In this document: positions 1 to 9,804 of the stretch, in pieces | Layout: each line of letters starts with the position of its first letter | Position numbering within the stretch: the stretch's first letter is position 1 | Assembly (NCBI GenBank): GCA_045591485.1 | Contig: JAZNSV010000044.1 | Span: 1 to 55,540, forward strand | Length of the DNA: 55,540 nt | Reading direction: 5' to 3' | From: Bacteroidales bacterium | GTDB lineage: Bacteria; Bacteroidota; Bacteroidia; Bacteroidales; P3 | Position numbers and translations under genes: made by a program | Notes under the pieces: model-generated | What the model was told of the DNA's origin: nothing | The model's database searches: none | The model's input: the letters and a program-made list of their open reading frames with translations, nothing else

Positions 1-43
1 CCGTCCAAAAAAAAGTCACATCCTGCATCTATTTTCCAGCCTA

Positions 44-155
44 CCGGTAGGGCATATCAACGATACTTCAACGATATATCAACGATATTTCAACGATTAC
101 GATCGTTGAAATATCGTTGGTATATCGTTGATGTATCGTTGATATGCACTACCGG
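44..155. repeat. 112-bp near-perfect palindrome, 4+4 phased 11-bp units (WTCAACGATAY); family copy 1
   Basis: Arms 44-99 and 100-155 are reverse complements with about 5 mismatches. Each arm holds four tandem 11-mers. A same-length copy lies at 39539-39650. Confidence 0.85.
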
Positions 156-312
156 ATGGGTGTCGGGAGTGGGGGAGGGAGCTGTGAGACAGCGGGGCGG
201 CAGCCGCCGACCGTCGGGGTCGGCCGCGGCAGATGTTAATGGATGCGTCATCCGGCCCGGAGAGTTTGTTGATGGGGTTATGTGATTGATAACCAAATTT
301 ATTTGGGTGTGG

Positions 313-337
313 CTCACCAAAAGTGGTGAGTTTTTTT
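313..337 (+). terminator. Rho-independent terminator (CTCACC-aaaagt-GGTGAG + T7)
   Basis: 6-bp GC-rich stem, 6-nt loop and a run of 7 T. It lies just upstream of the hyd promoter box. Confidence 0.55.
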
Positions 338-369
338 GTTAAAATTGGCTACATATTGTTTTTATTTTG

Positions 370-377
370 TATATTTG
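370..377 (+). promoter_or_regulatory. Bacteroidetes -7 promoter box TAtaTTTG (hyd operon)
   Basis: Matches TAnnTTTG, 88 nt upstream of the ATG at 465. Confidence 0.5.
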
Positions 378-464
378 TCTCGTCGTACGTGAAGTGAAAT
401 TTGCGTATTGCATTGACAATTAGTAGTAAACAATAATATTAATCCTAAAAAAAAGTCACATTTT

Positions 465-860
465 ATGACAAAAGTAAAATCTCTTGCAGACCTGAAAGCC
501 ATGCGCGAAAAGCTGCAGTCGAACCTCGACGTGCGCGAGAAGGCTGAGCACCCCGAGAGCCTGGTGCAGATCAAGGTCGCTATGGCCACATGCGGTATCG
601 CCGCCGGTGCCAAGCAGGTTATGGAACACATGATGCAGAAAGCCGATGAGCTCCACATCCCCGCCGTCTTCACTCAGACCGGCTGCATGGGCTACTGCCA
701 CGCCGAGCCCACCCTCGAGGTGCGCGTGCCGGGCAAAGACCCCATCGTCTTCGGCCACGTCGACAACAACCGCGCCGACGAGATCCTGACCAAGTATGTC
801 CAGCAGGGCGAACTGGTCGAGGGTATCATCCCCGTGAACTACGAAACGATTGACAAGTAA
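465..860 (+). CDS. thioredoxin-like [2Fe-2S] ferredoxin, hydrogenase-associated small subunit
   Basis: 131-aa ORF and first gene of the hydrogenase cluster. Cys pattern (ATCGIAAG ... GCMGYCH) is typical of thioredoxin-like 2Fe-2S proteins. Confidence 0.7.
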   Translation: MTKVKSLADLKAMREKLQSNLDVREKAEHPESLVQIKVAMATCGIAAGAKQVMEHMMQKADELHIPAVFTQTGCMGYCHAEPTLEVRVPGKDPIVFGHVDNNRADEILTKYVQQGELVEGIIPVNYETIDK

Positions 861-985
861 GTTTAAAGCTGTGAGCTGCGAGCTGTAAGCTGTAAGTGAG
901 CTGGCGCGCCCGATGTGCTGCCAGAACAGACAAAGACCTGCGCAAGCCACTTAAAACTTAAATCTTAAAGCTTAAAACTAAAAAG
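861..985 (+). repeat. intercistronic inverted element: G/T/A-only arm (861-903) and C/A/T-only arm (946-981)
   Basis: gtttaaagctgtgagctgcgagctgtaagctgtaagtgag ... ccacttaaaacttaaatcttaaagcttaaaac. The same word set recurs in the other two hyd spacers. Confidence 0.6.
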
Positions 986-989
986 AAAT

Positions 990-2804
<1,815 letters not shown>

Positions 2805-2814
2805 TAATGTATTA

Positions 2815-2901
2815 GCTTTGAGTTTTAAGTTTTAAGTTGTAAGTGGTTACGCAAATGACGGCCACCGCCCCACTCAAAACTCACAGCTCACAGTTCAAAA
2901 C
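2815..2901 (+). repeat. intercistronic inverted element (GT-arm 2815-2846, AC-arm 2870-2901)
   Basis: gctttgagttttaagttttaagttgtaagtgg ... ccactcaaaactcacagctcacagttcaaaac. Confidence 0.6.
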
Positions 2902-2911
2902 TAACAAAGAA

Positions 2912-4705
2912 ATGATCAACGTAACGATAGATAACAAAGCGATCCAGGTCCCCGAAGGCACCACCATCCTGAAAGCTGCCCGCATGGCCGGTATCGACAT
3001 CCCGACGCTCTGCTACTTCGAGCTCGACGGAATGAAATTTGAGAACAAACCTGGCGGATGCCGCGTCTGCATGGTCGAGGTGACCAAGGACTTCAACGGC
3101 AAGCCCCGCCGCAACCTGGCTCCCGCCTGCGCCACCGACTGCGTGGAAGGCATGGAGGTGCTCACCGCCTCGCCCCGCGCCCTCAACGCCCGCAAGACCG
3201 TCCTCGAGCTGATCCTCAGCGACCACCCGAACGACTGCCTCCAGTGCGAGAAGAGCGGCGACTGCGAGCTGCAGAACCTCGCCGTCCGCATGGGCATCCG
3301 CGAGATCCCCTTCAAGGGCGAGCAGAGCCACTATGAGAAAGACACCACCCTCAGCGTCTACCGCGACATGGACAAGTGCGTCTACTGCCGTCGCTGCGAG
3401 GAGATGTGCAACAAGTTCCAGAGCGTGGGCGCCCTGAGCGGCGTCAACCGCGGCTTCCCCTCGGTGGTGGCTCCCGCCTTCGAGCAGAAGCTCGGCGACA
3501 GCTCGTGCGTCAACTGCGGCCAGTGCGTCCAGGTGTGCCCCGTGGGTGCCCTCACCCTCGTGGACAACATCAACGACGTGCGTAAGGCCCTCGCCGACCC
3601 CACCAAGAAGGTTGTCGTGCAGACTGCTCCCGCCGTCCGCGTCGCCCTCGGCGAAGAGTTCGGCATGGAGCCCGGCACCATCGTCACCGGCAAGATGGCC
3701 GCTGCCCTGCGCCGTCTCGGCTTCGACTATGTCTTCGACACCGACTGGAGCGCCGACCTCACCATCATGGAGGAAGGCACCGAGCTCCTCGGCCGCGTGA
3801 AGAAGCTCCTCGCTGGCGACAAGGATGTCAAGATGCCTATGTTCACCAGCTGCTGCCCCGCCTGGGTCACCTTCTACGAGAAGAACTTCCCCGACCTGCT
3901 CGGCCATCCCTCGACCGCCAAGTCGCCCCAGGGCATGTTCGGCGCCGTCACCAAGAACTACTTCGCCCCGAAGATCGGCGTGAAGCGCGAGGATGTCGTC
4001 TGCGTGTCCATCATGCCCTGCCTGGCCAAGAAGAGCGAGTGCGCCCGTCCCGAGCTCGGCAACGGCACCGACCAGGATGTCAACTTCAGCCTCACCACCC
4101 GTGAGCTGGCCCACATGCTCAAGCAGAGCAACATCGACCTCAACAGCCTGCCCGAAGAGGACTTCGACAATCCTCTCGGCCAGTCGACTGGTGCCGCCGT
4201 CATCTTCGGCGCCACTGGCGGCGTGATGGAGGCTGCCCTCCGTACCGCCTACGAGGTGCATACCGGCAAGACCCTCCCGAAGATCGACTTCGAGGAGTGC
4301 CGCGGCATCTTCGGCGACAGCGTCCGCGAGGCCACCGTCGACTTCGACGGCCTGCCCGTGAAGATCGCCATCTGCTACGGTCTCTCCAATGCCCGCAAGC
4401 TCATGGAAGAGGTGCGCGACGGCAACCCCAACGGCTACCACTTCATCGAGGTCATGGCCTGCCCGGGAGGCTGCATCGGCGGCGCCGGCCAGCCCTACCA
4501 CCACGGCAAGAGCGACATCATCAAGAAGCGCATGGACGCCATCTACCGCGAGGACGCTGGCAAGCCCATCCGCAAGAGCCACGAGAACCCCGACATTATC
4601 GCCATCTACAAGGAGTACTACGGTGAACCCTGCGGCCACCTCAGCCACGAGCAGCTGCACACCCACTACTTCGACAAGAGCGACAAACTGGAAGTAACGA
4701 AATAA
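2912..4705 (+). CDS. hydA: [FeFe] hydrogenase catalytic subunit
   Basis: H-cluster motifs FTSCCPAW, GATGGVMEA and EVMACPGGCIGGAGQP, plus N-terminal 2Fe-2S and 4Fe-4S cysteine motifs. I chose the ATG at 2912 (MINVTIDNK) over the GTG at 2843, which lies inside the spacer repeat. Confidence 0.9.
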   Translation: MINVTIDNKAIQVPEGTTILKAARMAGIDIPTLCYFELDGMKFENKPGGCRVCMVEVTKDFNGKPRRNLAPACATDCVEGMEVLTASPRALNARKTVLELILSDHPNDCLQCEKSGDCELQNLAVRMGIREIPFKGEQSHYEKDTTLSVYRDMDKCVYCRRCEEMCNKFQSVGALSGVNRGFPSVVAPAFEQKLGDSSCVNCGQCVQVCPVGALTLVDNINDVRKALADPTKKVVVQTAPAVRVALGEEFGMEPGTIVTGKMAAALRRLGFDYVFDTDWSADLTIMEEGTELLGRVKKLLAGDKDVKMPMFTSCCPAWVTFYEKNFPDLLGHPSTAKSPQGMFGAVTKNYFAPKIGVKREDVVCVSIMPCLAKKSECARPELGNGTDQDVNFSLTTRELAHMLKQSNIDLNSLPEEDFDNPLGQSTGAAVIFGATGGVMEAALRTAYEVHTGKTLPKIDFEECRGIFGDSVREATVDFDGLPVKIAICYGLSNARKLMEEVRDGNPNGYHFIEVMACPGGCIGGAGQPYHHGKSDIIKKRMDAIYREDAGKPIRKSHENPDIIAIYKEYYGEPCGHLSHEQLHTHYFDKSDKLEVTK

Positions 4706-4713
4706 AATAATCA

Positions 4714-4795
4714 GTTGTGAGTTTTAAGCTTTAAGCTGTAAGTATGGTTGACAACCTGCGTAGCTACTTAAAACTTAAAACTCACAGCTTAAAAC
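4714..4795 (+). repeat. intercistronic inverted element (GT-arm 4714-4744, AC-arm 4765-4795)
   Basis: gttgtgagttttaagctttaagctgtaagta ... tacttaaaacttaaaactcacagcttaaaac. The two 31-nt arms match at about 22/31 in the fixed register. Confidence 0.6.
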
Positions 4796-4804
4796 TGAAG
4801 TAAA

Positions 4805-5281
4805 ATGGCTAACATTAAAATATCCGAAGAGAAAATCAACATTATCAAAGACGTCTGCAAGAGCTTTGGTAACAAGAGCGGCGAGGTCATCAACGTCCTC
4901 CACCAGGTGCAGGGCAAGTTCGGCTACCTGCCCGCCGAGGTCCAGGAAGTCATCGCCCACGAGTTGAACATGCCCGTGGCCAAGGTCTATGGTATCGTCT
5001 CCTTCTACAGCTTCTTCACCATGGAGCCGAAGGGCGAACACCCCATCGACATCTGCCTGGGTACCGCCTGCTACGTCCGTGGCGCCGAGAAGGTGCTGGA
5101 TGCCTTCCAGCGCGAGCTGAACGTCCAGGTGGGCAAGTGCACCGCCGACGGCAAGTTCAGCCTCAACACCCTCCGTTGCGTGGGTGCTTGCGGTCTGGCC
5201 CCCGTGGCCATGATCGGCGAGAAGGTCTACGGCCGCCTCACCCCCGACATGGTCCCCGGCATCATCGCCGAGTACAAATAA
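4805..5281 (+). CDS. hydC: NuoE-like [2Fe-2S] subunit of the hydrogenase
   Basis: 158 aa with the NuoE/HoxE pattern (ICLGTACYVRG ... LRCVGACGLAP). Confidence 0.9.
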   Translation: MANIKISEEKINIIKDVCKSFGNKSGEVINVLHQVQGKFGYLPAEVQEVIAHELNMPVAKVYGIVSFYSFFTMEPKGEHPIDICLGTACYVRGAEKVLDAFQRELNVQVGKCTADGKFSLNTLRCVGACGLAPVAMIGEKVYGRLTPDMVPGIIAEYK

Positions 5282-5286
5282 TCCCG

Positions 5287-5308
5287 GGTACGCAGGCGTC
5301 CCGCCTGC
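5287..5308. repeat. short hairpin element GGTACGCAGGCGTCCCGCCTGC (family P1)
   Basis: 7-bp stem GCAGGCG/CGCCTGC. Identical cores occur at 8549-8565, 20013-20035 and 20043-20065. Confidence 0.8.
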
Positions 5309-5320
5309 ATCAACACAAAA

Positions 5321-5347
5321 AGAGGGCACCCTTTCGGGCGCCCTCTT
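5321..5347. terminator. hairpin terminator between convergent hydC and fic (AGAGGGCACCC-tttc-GGGCGCCCTCT)
   Basis: 10/11-bp stem with T-rich sequence on the 3' side. It sits between convergent stop codons. Confidence 0.55.
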
Positions 5348-5355
5348 CTTATTGT

Positions 5356-6237
5356 TTAGTATTTTATTTTGAAATAATCCAATAGCGCTTTGTAGTGGTC
5401 TTGTGCTGTCAAGCAGGTGTCTCGCAAATAGCCATTGATATTTCCCCAATTTTGAATGCCACGGTAATAGTATAGGCGCAACTCCTCGGTAATGATAAAT
5501 GGCACTGCAGCAGCTTGCAGGCATTGCCAAAACATCAACAGGCGGCCAATACGACCGTTGCCGTCCTGAAATGGATGAATACGCTCGAATTGTACGTGGA
5601 AGTCCAAAATATCGTCAAATTCTGCTTGCTTTATCATATTATAATGTGCAATCAATGCTTTCATTTTCATATGCACATTTTCTGGCTTTGCTGTCTCTTC
5701 TCCGCCTACCTCGTTTGCCAACCGTTTGTAGTCGCCCACAGCAAACCAGTCTTTCTGGCTGTCTGACGTATTGGTCTTCAACAACCCATGTAGTTTTTTT
5801 ATATGTGTCTCGGTTATCTTCTCTGCGGCATGGTCAATGAGGTAGTCGATACAGCGGAAATGATTGACTGTCTCCAGAATATCGTCAATGCGGGTGTTTT
5901 CTGTTGTGATTCCAAGTGTATTGGTCTCGAAGATGTATCGGGTCTGCTCTTTCGTCAGACGGCTCCCCTCGATATGGTTTGAGTTGTAGGTGAAGTCAAT
6001 CTGTGTCCGGTGGTATATGCCCCCCTTGAGCCTGCTCTCCTTTTCTTCTTTGAGCCTTGAAAGTAAAGGAGAGAGTCTTTTCTTGTGCTTTTCCGGCAAC
6101 GGGGCATCGGCTGGAATGTTCCAAGTCTTTCCTGTCAGGAAAGCACCTCCGATTTTCCCTAATGCACAGTAATTGCGAACCGTCCGCTCACTGATACCAT
6201 ATTTCTCGGCATACTGATTGACAGATAAATAATTCAT
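5356..6237 (-). CDS. Fic family protein with N-terminal HTH
   Basis: Fic motif HPFQDGNGRIGRLL. The N-terminal region SVNQYAEKYGISERTVRNY looks like an HTH. Confidence 0.85.
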   Translation of the reverse strand: MNYLSVNQYAEKYGISERTVRNYCALGKIGGAFLTGKTWNIPADAPLPEKHKKRLSPLLSRLKEEKESRLKGGIYHRTQIDFTYNSNHIEGSRLTKEQTRYIFETNTLGITTENTRIDDILETVNHFRCIDYLIDHAAEKITETHIKKLHGLLKTNTSDSQKDWFAVGDYKRLANEVGGEETAKPENVHMKMKALIAHYNMIKQAEFDDILDFHVQFERIHPFQDGNGRIGRLLMFWQCLQAAAVPFIITEELRLYYYRGIQNWGNINGYLRDTCLTAQDHYKALLDYFKIKY

Positions 6238-6240
6238 ATT

Positions 6241-6293
6241 ATCGGCAAGTTTTTATTTAAAAACACATTGCAAAGATACAACTTTTTGCCGAT
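6241..6293 (-). promoter_or_regulatory. -7 box (6271-6278, CAAAGATA on the + strand) bracketed by inverted repeat ATCGGCAAGTTTTT / ACTTTTTGCCGAT
   Basis: The TAnnTTTG reverse complement lies 34 nt upstream of the fic ATG. The inverted-repeat arms are at 6241-6254 and 6280-6293. Confidence 0.45.
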
Positions 6294-6433
6294 ACCGGCA
6301 AGTTTTATTCATAATAAAGACAGCCCTATACATTTTTAGCCATTGCCATCATAATCGCCATATACCTACCATATACCTACCTTATAGAAAGGATATTAAC
6401 ACCATATTAACAAACATCTTATACTTTCTTTAA

Positions 6434-9022
6434 TCATTCCAATATAGCTTCTATCGGCACGCTGCTGTCCATCAGGCCGATGCGGGTATCCGACGCGTGG
6501 CGGTTCACGCCGGTGTAGGCCAGCGATGCGTCCTCGTAGCGGCGGAATTTGAGGATGGCATCGTTCATCTGGGCGCGGTTGAAGACGCCGATGCGCAGCA
6601 GTAGGTCGAAGTCGTCGATGGTCAGGCCTGTGACTCTTTCAAAGAGCGAAGGCTCCAGCTTGCGGATGACGTCTTCGAGGCTCTCCTCGCGGTAGTCGGT
6701 GAGGTACATAAAGATGGGAATGCGCGTGGCGAACTTCATCAGCTTCTCCTGCACCTCGCGCCGCTTGCTGCGGTATTCCTTCTCCTCGGCAGTCAGTTCC
6801 TTTTTCTTCTTGGGGTTGTCGCCAGCCTCGCGCTTCAGTTTCTTGATCCGCTCCGCGCGGTTGACGATGTTCTCGATGATGTCGCTGCCCAGTGCGCGGA
6901 ATCCTTCGATTTTCATAATGGTGGCCATCGCCTCAGGGCTGTCGAGCACCCGCTGCAGGGTGGCGTTGTCCACATTGACCAGTTGGGCGCTGTTCCATCG
7001 GCGCGCCAGCAGCGTTCCGCTGGTGCCGTTGTCCACAAAGTCGAGTATCTCGGTGGCATTCACCCGCTTCATCGAACTGCCGTCAAACTGGAGGATGGGC
7101 AGGAAGTTGATGAAGTCGTTCACCTTGTCGGTGATGCGACGGTTGCTGTCTATGTCAAGCTGATTGGCGTAGGTCACCACTTCGCGCAGGGCACGGTTGG
7201 GGGCGAAGTCGAAGACATAGCAGGTGGGTTTCAAGATGGTTTTCTTCGTCGGGTCGTCCTTGTCGGTCGTTGTCCATGGGCTCTGCACACGGAAGGCCGT
7301 CTGGAAGTAGGTCTCCGGACTCTTGCAGTTGCGCAGCATCAGCAACCCGCCCAGCGGCCGCAGGGTGACGCCGGTGGTCAGCTTGCCGCAGGTGAGGGTG
7401 ATGGTGCGCGTCGTCAGCGGGTTGTCGCCCATGGCTTCGCGAACAGGCCCGAGGGCGTCCACGCCGATGCCGGCCTTCGTGCCGCTACAGTTGATGATTT
7501 GGTAGGTTTGGTAGAATCCGTTGGCCGGACGGCGCAGCAAGGCTTCCATGGCGTCGCACGCCGCCACGCTGGGCATGAACCACATGGTGTGGGCGCAGAG
7601 GTCGAGCAGGCGTGTGTCCTCGAAGGGCAGCGGCGGGTGCTCGTTGAGGGGCGAACTGCTGTCGCCATAGATGGGGGTCTTGCCACGGATGATGTCGAGC
7701 CACTTCTGCACCGCCTTCTCATGCACGAAAGTGGCAACTCCTTCAGATTTGCCACCGTTCGCTCCCTTACGGTCGCGCACGACTTCGGCTCTGAAGAACT
7801 CGTTGAGGTCGAAGCCGTCCATGTCCCACTGCTCTATCATGGCGCCGAGGTCCTGCGGCATCTGGTAGGTCATCATCACCATCGTGGGCATCTCCAGGTA
7901 CGGGCCGCCGACAGCCTCTTTGCGTTTCTGCTCGTCCTGGTAGGTCCAGTTGAAGATCTGGTTCTCCATGAATTCGCCTGTGGCGAGGGCGCGGAAGGGT
8001 GTACCGCTGAGGTAGAGGAAATGCTTGCCGGTGATGGTGATGTCCTCGTCGTCCCACGCGCGGCCGCTCTCCACGTCGATGCCGCTCTCGCTCATCACCT
8101 CGTCCTCTTCCGTCTGGCGGTTCTTGGCCTCGCTGTCACCGAGGTCGAGCAGACTCTTGGCGTGGTCGTTCCAGGCACCGAAATGGTATTCGTCCAGCAC
8201 AATCAAGTCCCATTCGATGCTGTGCACCCACTCATTCTTGGGCTTGATGTTGCCGTACTTGTCGCGGCCAAGGTAGTCTTGGAAGGAACCGAAGACAACC
8301 AGAGGGAATGCGTTATTGTGGGAATGCGTTAATGTGTTAGTGGCATCCGCTTCGCGGCTGCTGTAGTACCGCCAGCCTTCGAAGTCGCGGTGGCGCAGCA
8401 GGTCGTCGCGCCACGAGTCCTCGACGGCGGGTTTGAAGGTGAGCACCAATATCCGCTTGGCGCCCATCTTCTTTGCCAGCTGGTAGGTGGCGAAGGTCTT
8501 GCCGAAACGCATCTTGGCGTTCCATAGGTAGTGGCTGGGCCTGGGAGCGCAGGCGTCCCGCCTGCATCGTTCGGCCTCTTCGCTATCCATCTGCGCGAAG
8601 TATTCCGCCGTCTGCTTTACGGCCTGCTCTTGTTCCGTGCGCATCTTGTGATCGAGGTCGCGCACCGTCTCGACCTGTGTGTCACGGTGTCGCACCGCCA
8701 CGTATGCCGCCTTGGCCTCGCGCAGCGAGCAGCGGCACCACTCGCCTATCAGTTCCTTGCCCATACGACGCAGCACCTCGTGCAGGTCGTGGTCGGAAAA
8801 ACTCTCACCGCTGCCGTCGGCATAGAAAGCGTTGTCATGCCACAGCAGGTGGTAGGTCTTGTGCGGCTCCGTGATGGGATGCTGCTCGTCGATGCGCTGC
8901 CACACATCGGCCCGCGTCGTCTGCCCGATCTTGATCCATCCGGGAAACGACGTGTCGTCATACATATAAATCTGCGGCACCGCGCGCCGCATGGTGGGTA
9001 GTATCTGTTCGTTGGTCTGCAT
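6434..9022 (-). CDS. GIY-YIG/T5orf172-like N-terminal domain fused to an SF2 (DEAD/DEAH-like) helicase; restriction-subunit-like
   Basis: 862 aa. The N-terminus IYMYDD..GWIKIGQTTRADVWQRI resembles a GIY-YIG-type nuclease. Helicase motif I is RFGKTF and motif II is VLDEYH. It sits in a cluster with an N6A methyltransferase. Confidence 0.65.
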   Translation of the reverse strand: MQTNEQILPTMRRAVPQIYMYDDTSFPGWIKIGQTTRADVWQRIDEQHPITEPHKTYHLLWHDNAFYADGSGESFSDHDLHEVLRRMGKELIGEWCRCSLREAKAAYVAVRHRDTQVETVRDLDHKMRTEQEQAVKQTAEYFAQMDSEEAERCRRDACAPRPSHYLWNAKMRFGKTFATYQLAKKMGAKRILVLTFKPAVEDSWRDDLLRHRDFEGWRYYSSREADATNTLTHSHNNAFPLVVFGSFQDYLGRDKYGNIKPKNEWVHSIEWDLIVLDEYHFGAWNDHAKSLLDLGDSEAKNRQTEEDEVMSESGIDVESGRAWDDEDITITGKHFLYLSGTPFRALATGEFMENQIFNWTYQDEQKRKEAVGGPYLEMPTMVMMTYQMPQDLGAMIEQWDMDGFDLNEFFRAEVVRDRKGANGGKSEGVATFVHEKAVQKWLDIIRGKTPIYGDSSSPLNEHPPLPFEDTRLLDLCAHTMWFMPSVAACDAMEALLRRPANGFYQTYQIINCSGTKAGIGVDALGPVREAMGDNPLTTRTITLTCGKLTTGVTLRPLGGLLMLRNCKSPETYFQTAFRVQSPWTTTDKDDPTKKTILKPTCYVFDFAPNRALREVVTYANQLDIDSNRRITDKVNDFINFLPILQFDGSSMKRVNATEILDFVDNGTSGTLLARRWNSAQLVNVDNATLQRVLDSPEAMATIMKIEGFRALGSDIIENIVNRAERIKKLKREAGDNPKKKKELTAEEKEYRSKRREVQEKLMKFATRIPIFMYLTDYREESLEDVIRKLEPSLFERVTGLTIDDFDLLLRIGVFNRAQMNDAILKFRRYEDASLAYTGVNRHASDTRIGLMDSSVPIEAILE

Positions 9023-9100
9023 AATATGTCAGTTTGTCCGTTATCATTTCAAACAGACGCCCTTATGCAGAAATAAATGAAAACAAAGAAGAGATGGTGG

Positions 9101-9415
9101 CTATCGGTAATTCAAGCTGTGGACTGCATCGTGAACGACGATTATCATTTCGCCACGGACATCGAGTGTTATTTCGTATGCGAAATGGAAATCCTCGCAG
9201 ATAAATTCCTGCCAGTCGTTATCAACCCATTCCTGTTTAAGTCTAGCTTTTGAGAAAATGGTGGCATAGTCGGCAAGAGACTCCAATCCGTCGTAAAGAC
9301 GATTCTTCTTGCGTTCTACTGTCTCATAGCTAAGGGTGTGCCAATGTTTCAAAATAGAGGCATCGTAGAATGCATCTATTGCTTGGTCAACACGCTCCTC
9401 GATGATTATCCTCAT
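9101..9415 (-). CDS. putative RelE/ParE-fold toxin
   Basis: 104 aa with a 4-nt ATGA overlap with the upstream small ORF. The C-terminal pattern FAYEITLDVRGEMIIVVHDAVH resembles ParE/RelE family ends by eye only. Confidence 0.4.
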   Translation of the reverse strand: MRIIIEERVDQAIDAFYDASILKHWHTLSYETVERKKNRLYDGLESLADYATIFSKARLKQEWVDNDWQEFICEDFHFAYEITLDVRGEMIIVVHDAVHSLNYR

Positions 9416-9615
9416 GCCTCAGGATGATAGAAGTTGTAAATCTTCTCGGTCAATCTGCGGCGAGATTCTTCAAGAGGTATGCAGCGTGCAATCTCCTCAT
9501 CGGAAATAACACGATAAGCCTTTCTTGCGGCAATGCCATACTCTGCTGCAGGCTCATTGACGCTCTGTATTTCAGGCTCGTTATCGTTATATTCACGTAC
9601 CATACTTGCTATCAT
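9412..9615 (-). CDS. putative antitoxin (small acidic protein)
   Basis: Translationally coupled to the 104-aa ORF, with a -7 box immediately upstream. The start is uncertain (ATG at 9615 or 9603; the track uses TTG at 9627). Confidence 0.35.
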   Translation of the reverse strand: MIASMVREYNDNEPEIQSVNEPAAEYGIAARKAYRVISDEEIARCIPLEESRRRLTEKIYNFYHPEA

Positions 9616-9624
9616 TTGTATTTG

Positions 9625-9632
9625 CAAAAATA
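9625..9632 (-). promoter_or_regulatory. -7 box (TAttTTTG on the minus strand) for the TA pair
   Basis: CAAAAATA on the + strand, directly upstream of the small ORF. Confidence 0.4.
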
Positions 9633-9804
9633 CAAATGTTTTTTCATATAGCCAAATTTTTCTTCATTTTCATTATTTCAAAGAGCGCTCTGTTATTGTT
9701 TTTTGCCGAGACTTTCCCCTCGGCGTGGGTTTGACGATCCTTCGGTGATCCTTCGGTGGTCCTTGCCTCATCGAGCTCGGCAGCCATAGCACGGCGAAGT
9801 TGGC

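Noticed and set aside
156-239. A 27-aa Gly-rich small ORF (MGVGSGGGSCETAGRQPPTVGVGRGRC) between palindrome copy 1 and the terminator.
   Set aside because: It is very short and low in complexity, with no ribosome-binding context I can evaluate. It is mentioned only because a terminator follows at 313-337.
90-320. ORFs crossing the large palindromes (90-320, 20754-21062, 20815-21036, 39470-39754, 39563-39784).
   Set aside because: The translations are repeat-driven (INDTSTIYQRY..., VVRYMYDICTILVRL) and occur symmetrically on both strands because the DNA is palindromic. They are not credible proteins.
2843-2911. The GTG at 2843 as the hydA start, and the similar TTG/GTG track starts at 16283, 21072, 28017, 44095 and 9627.
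   Set aside because: These extensions lie in spacer repeats or promoter sequence. In each case an ATG follows that gives the family-typical N-terminus or signal peptide.
9628-9804. The hairpin GCCGAG-gggaaagt-CTCGGC (about 9701-9727) as the terminator of the methyltransferase gene.
   Set aside because: On the transcribed (minus) strand it is followed by an A-run, not a T-run. On the + strand the T-run precedes the stem. It fits a canonical intrinsic terminator in neither orientation.
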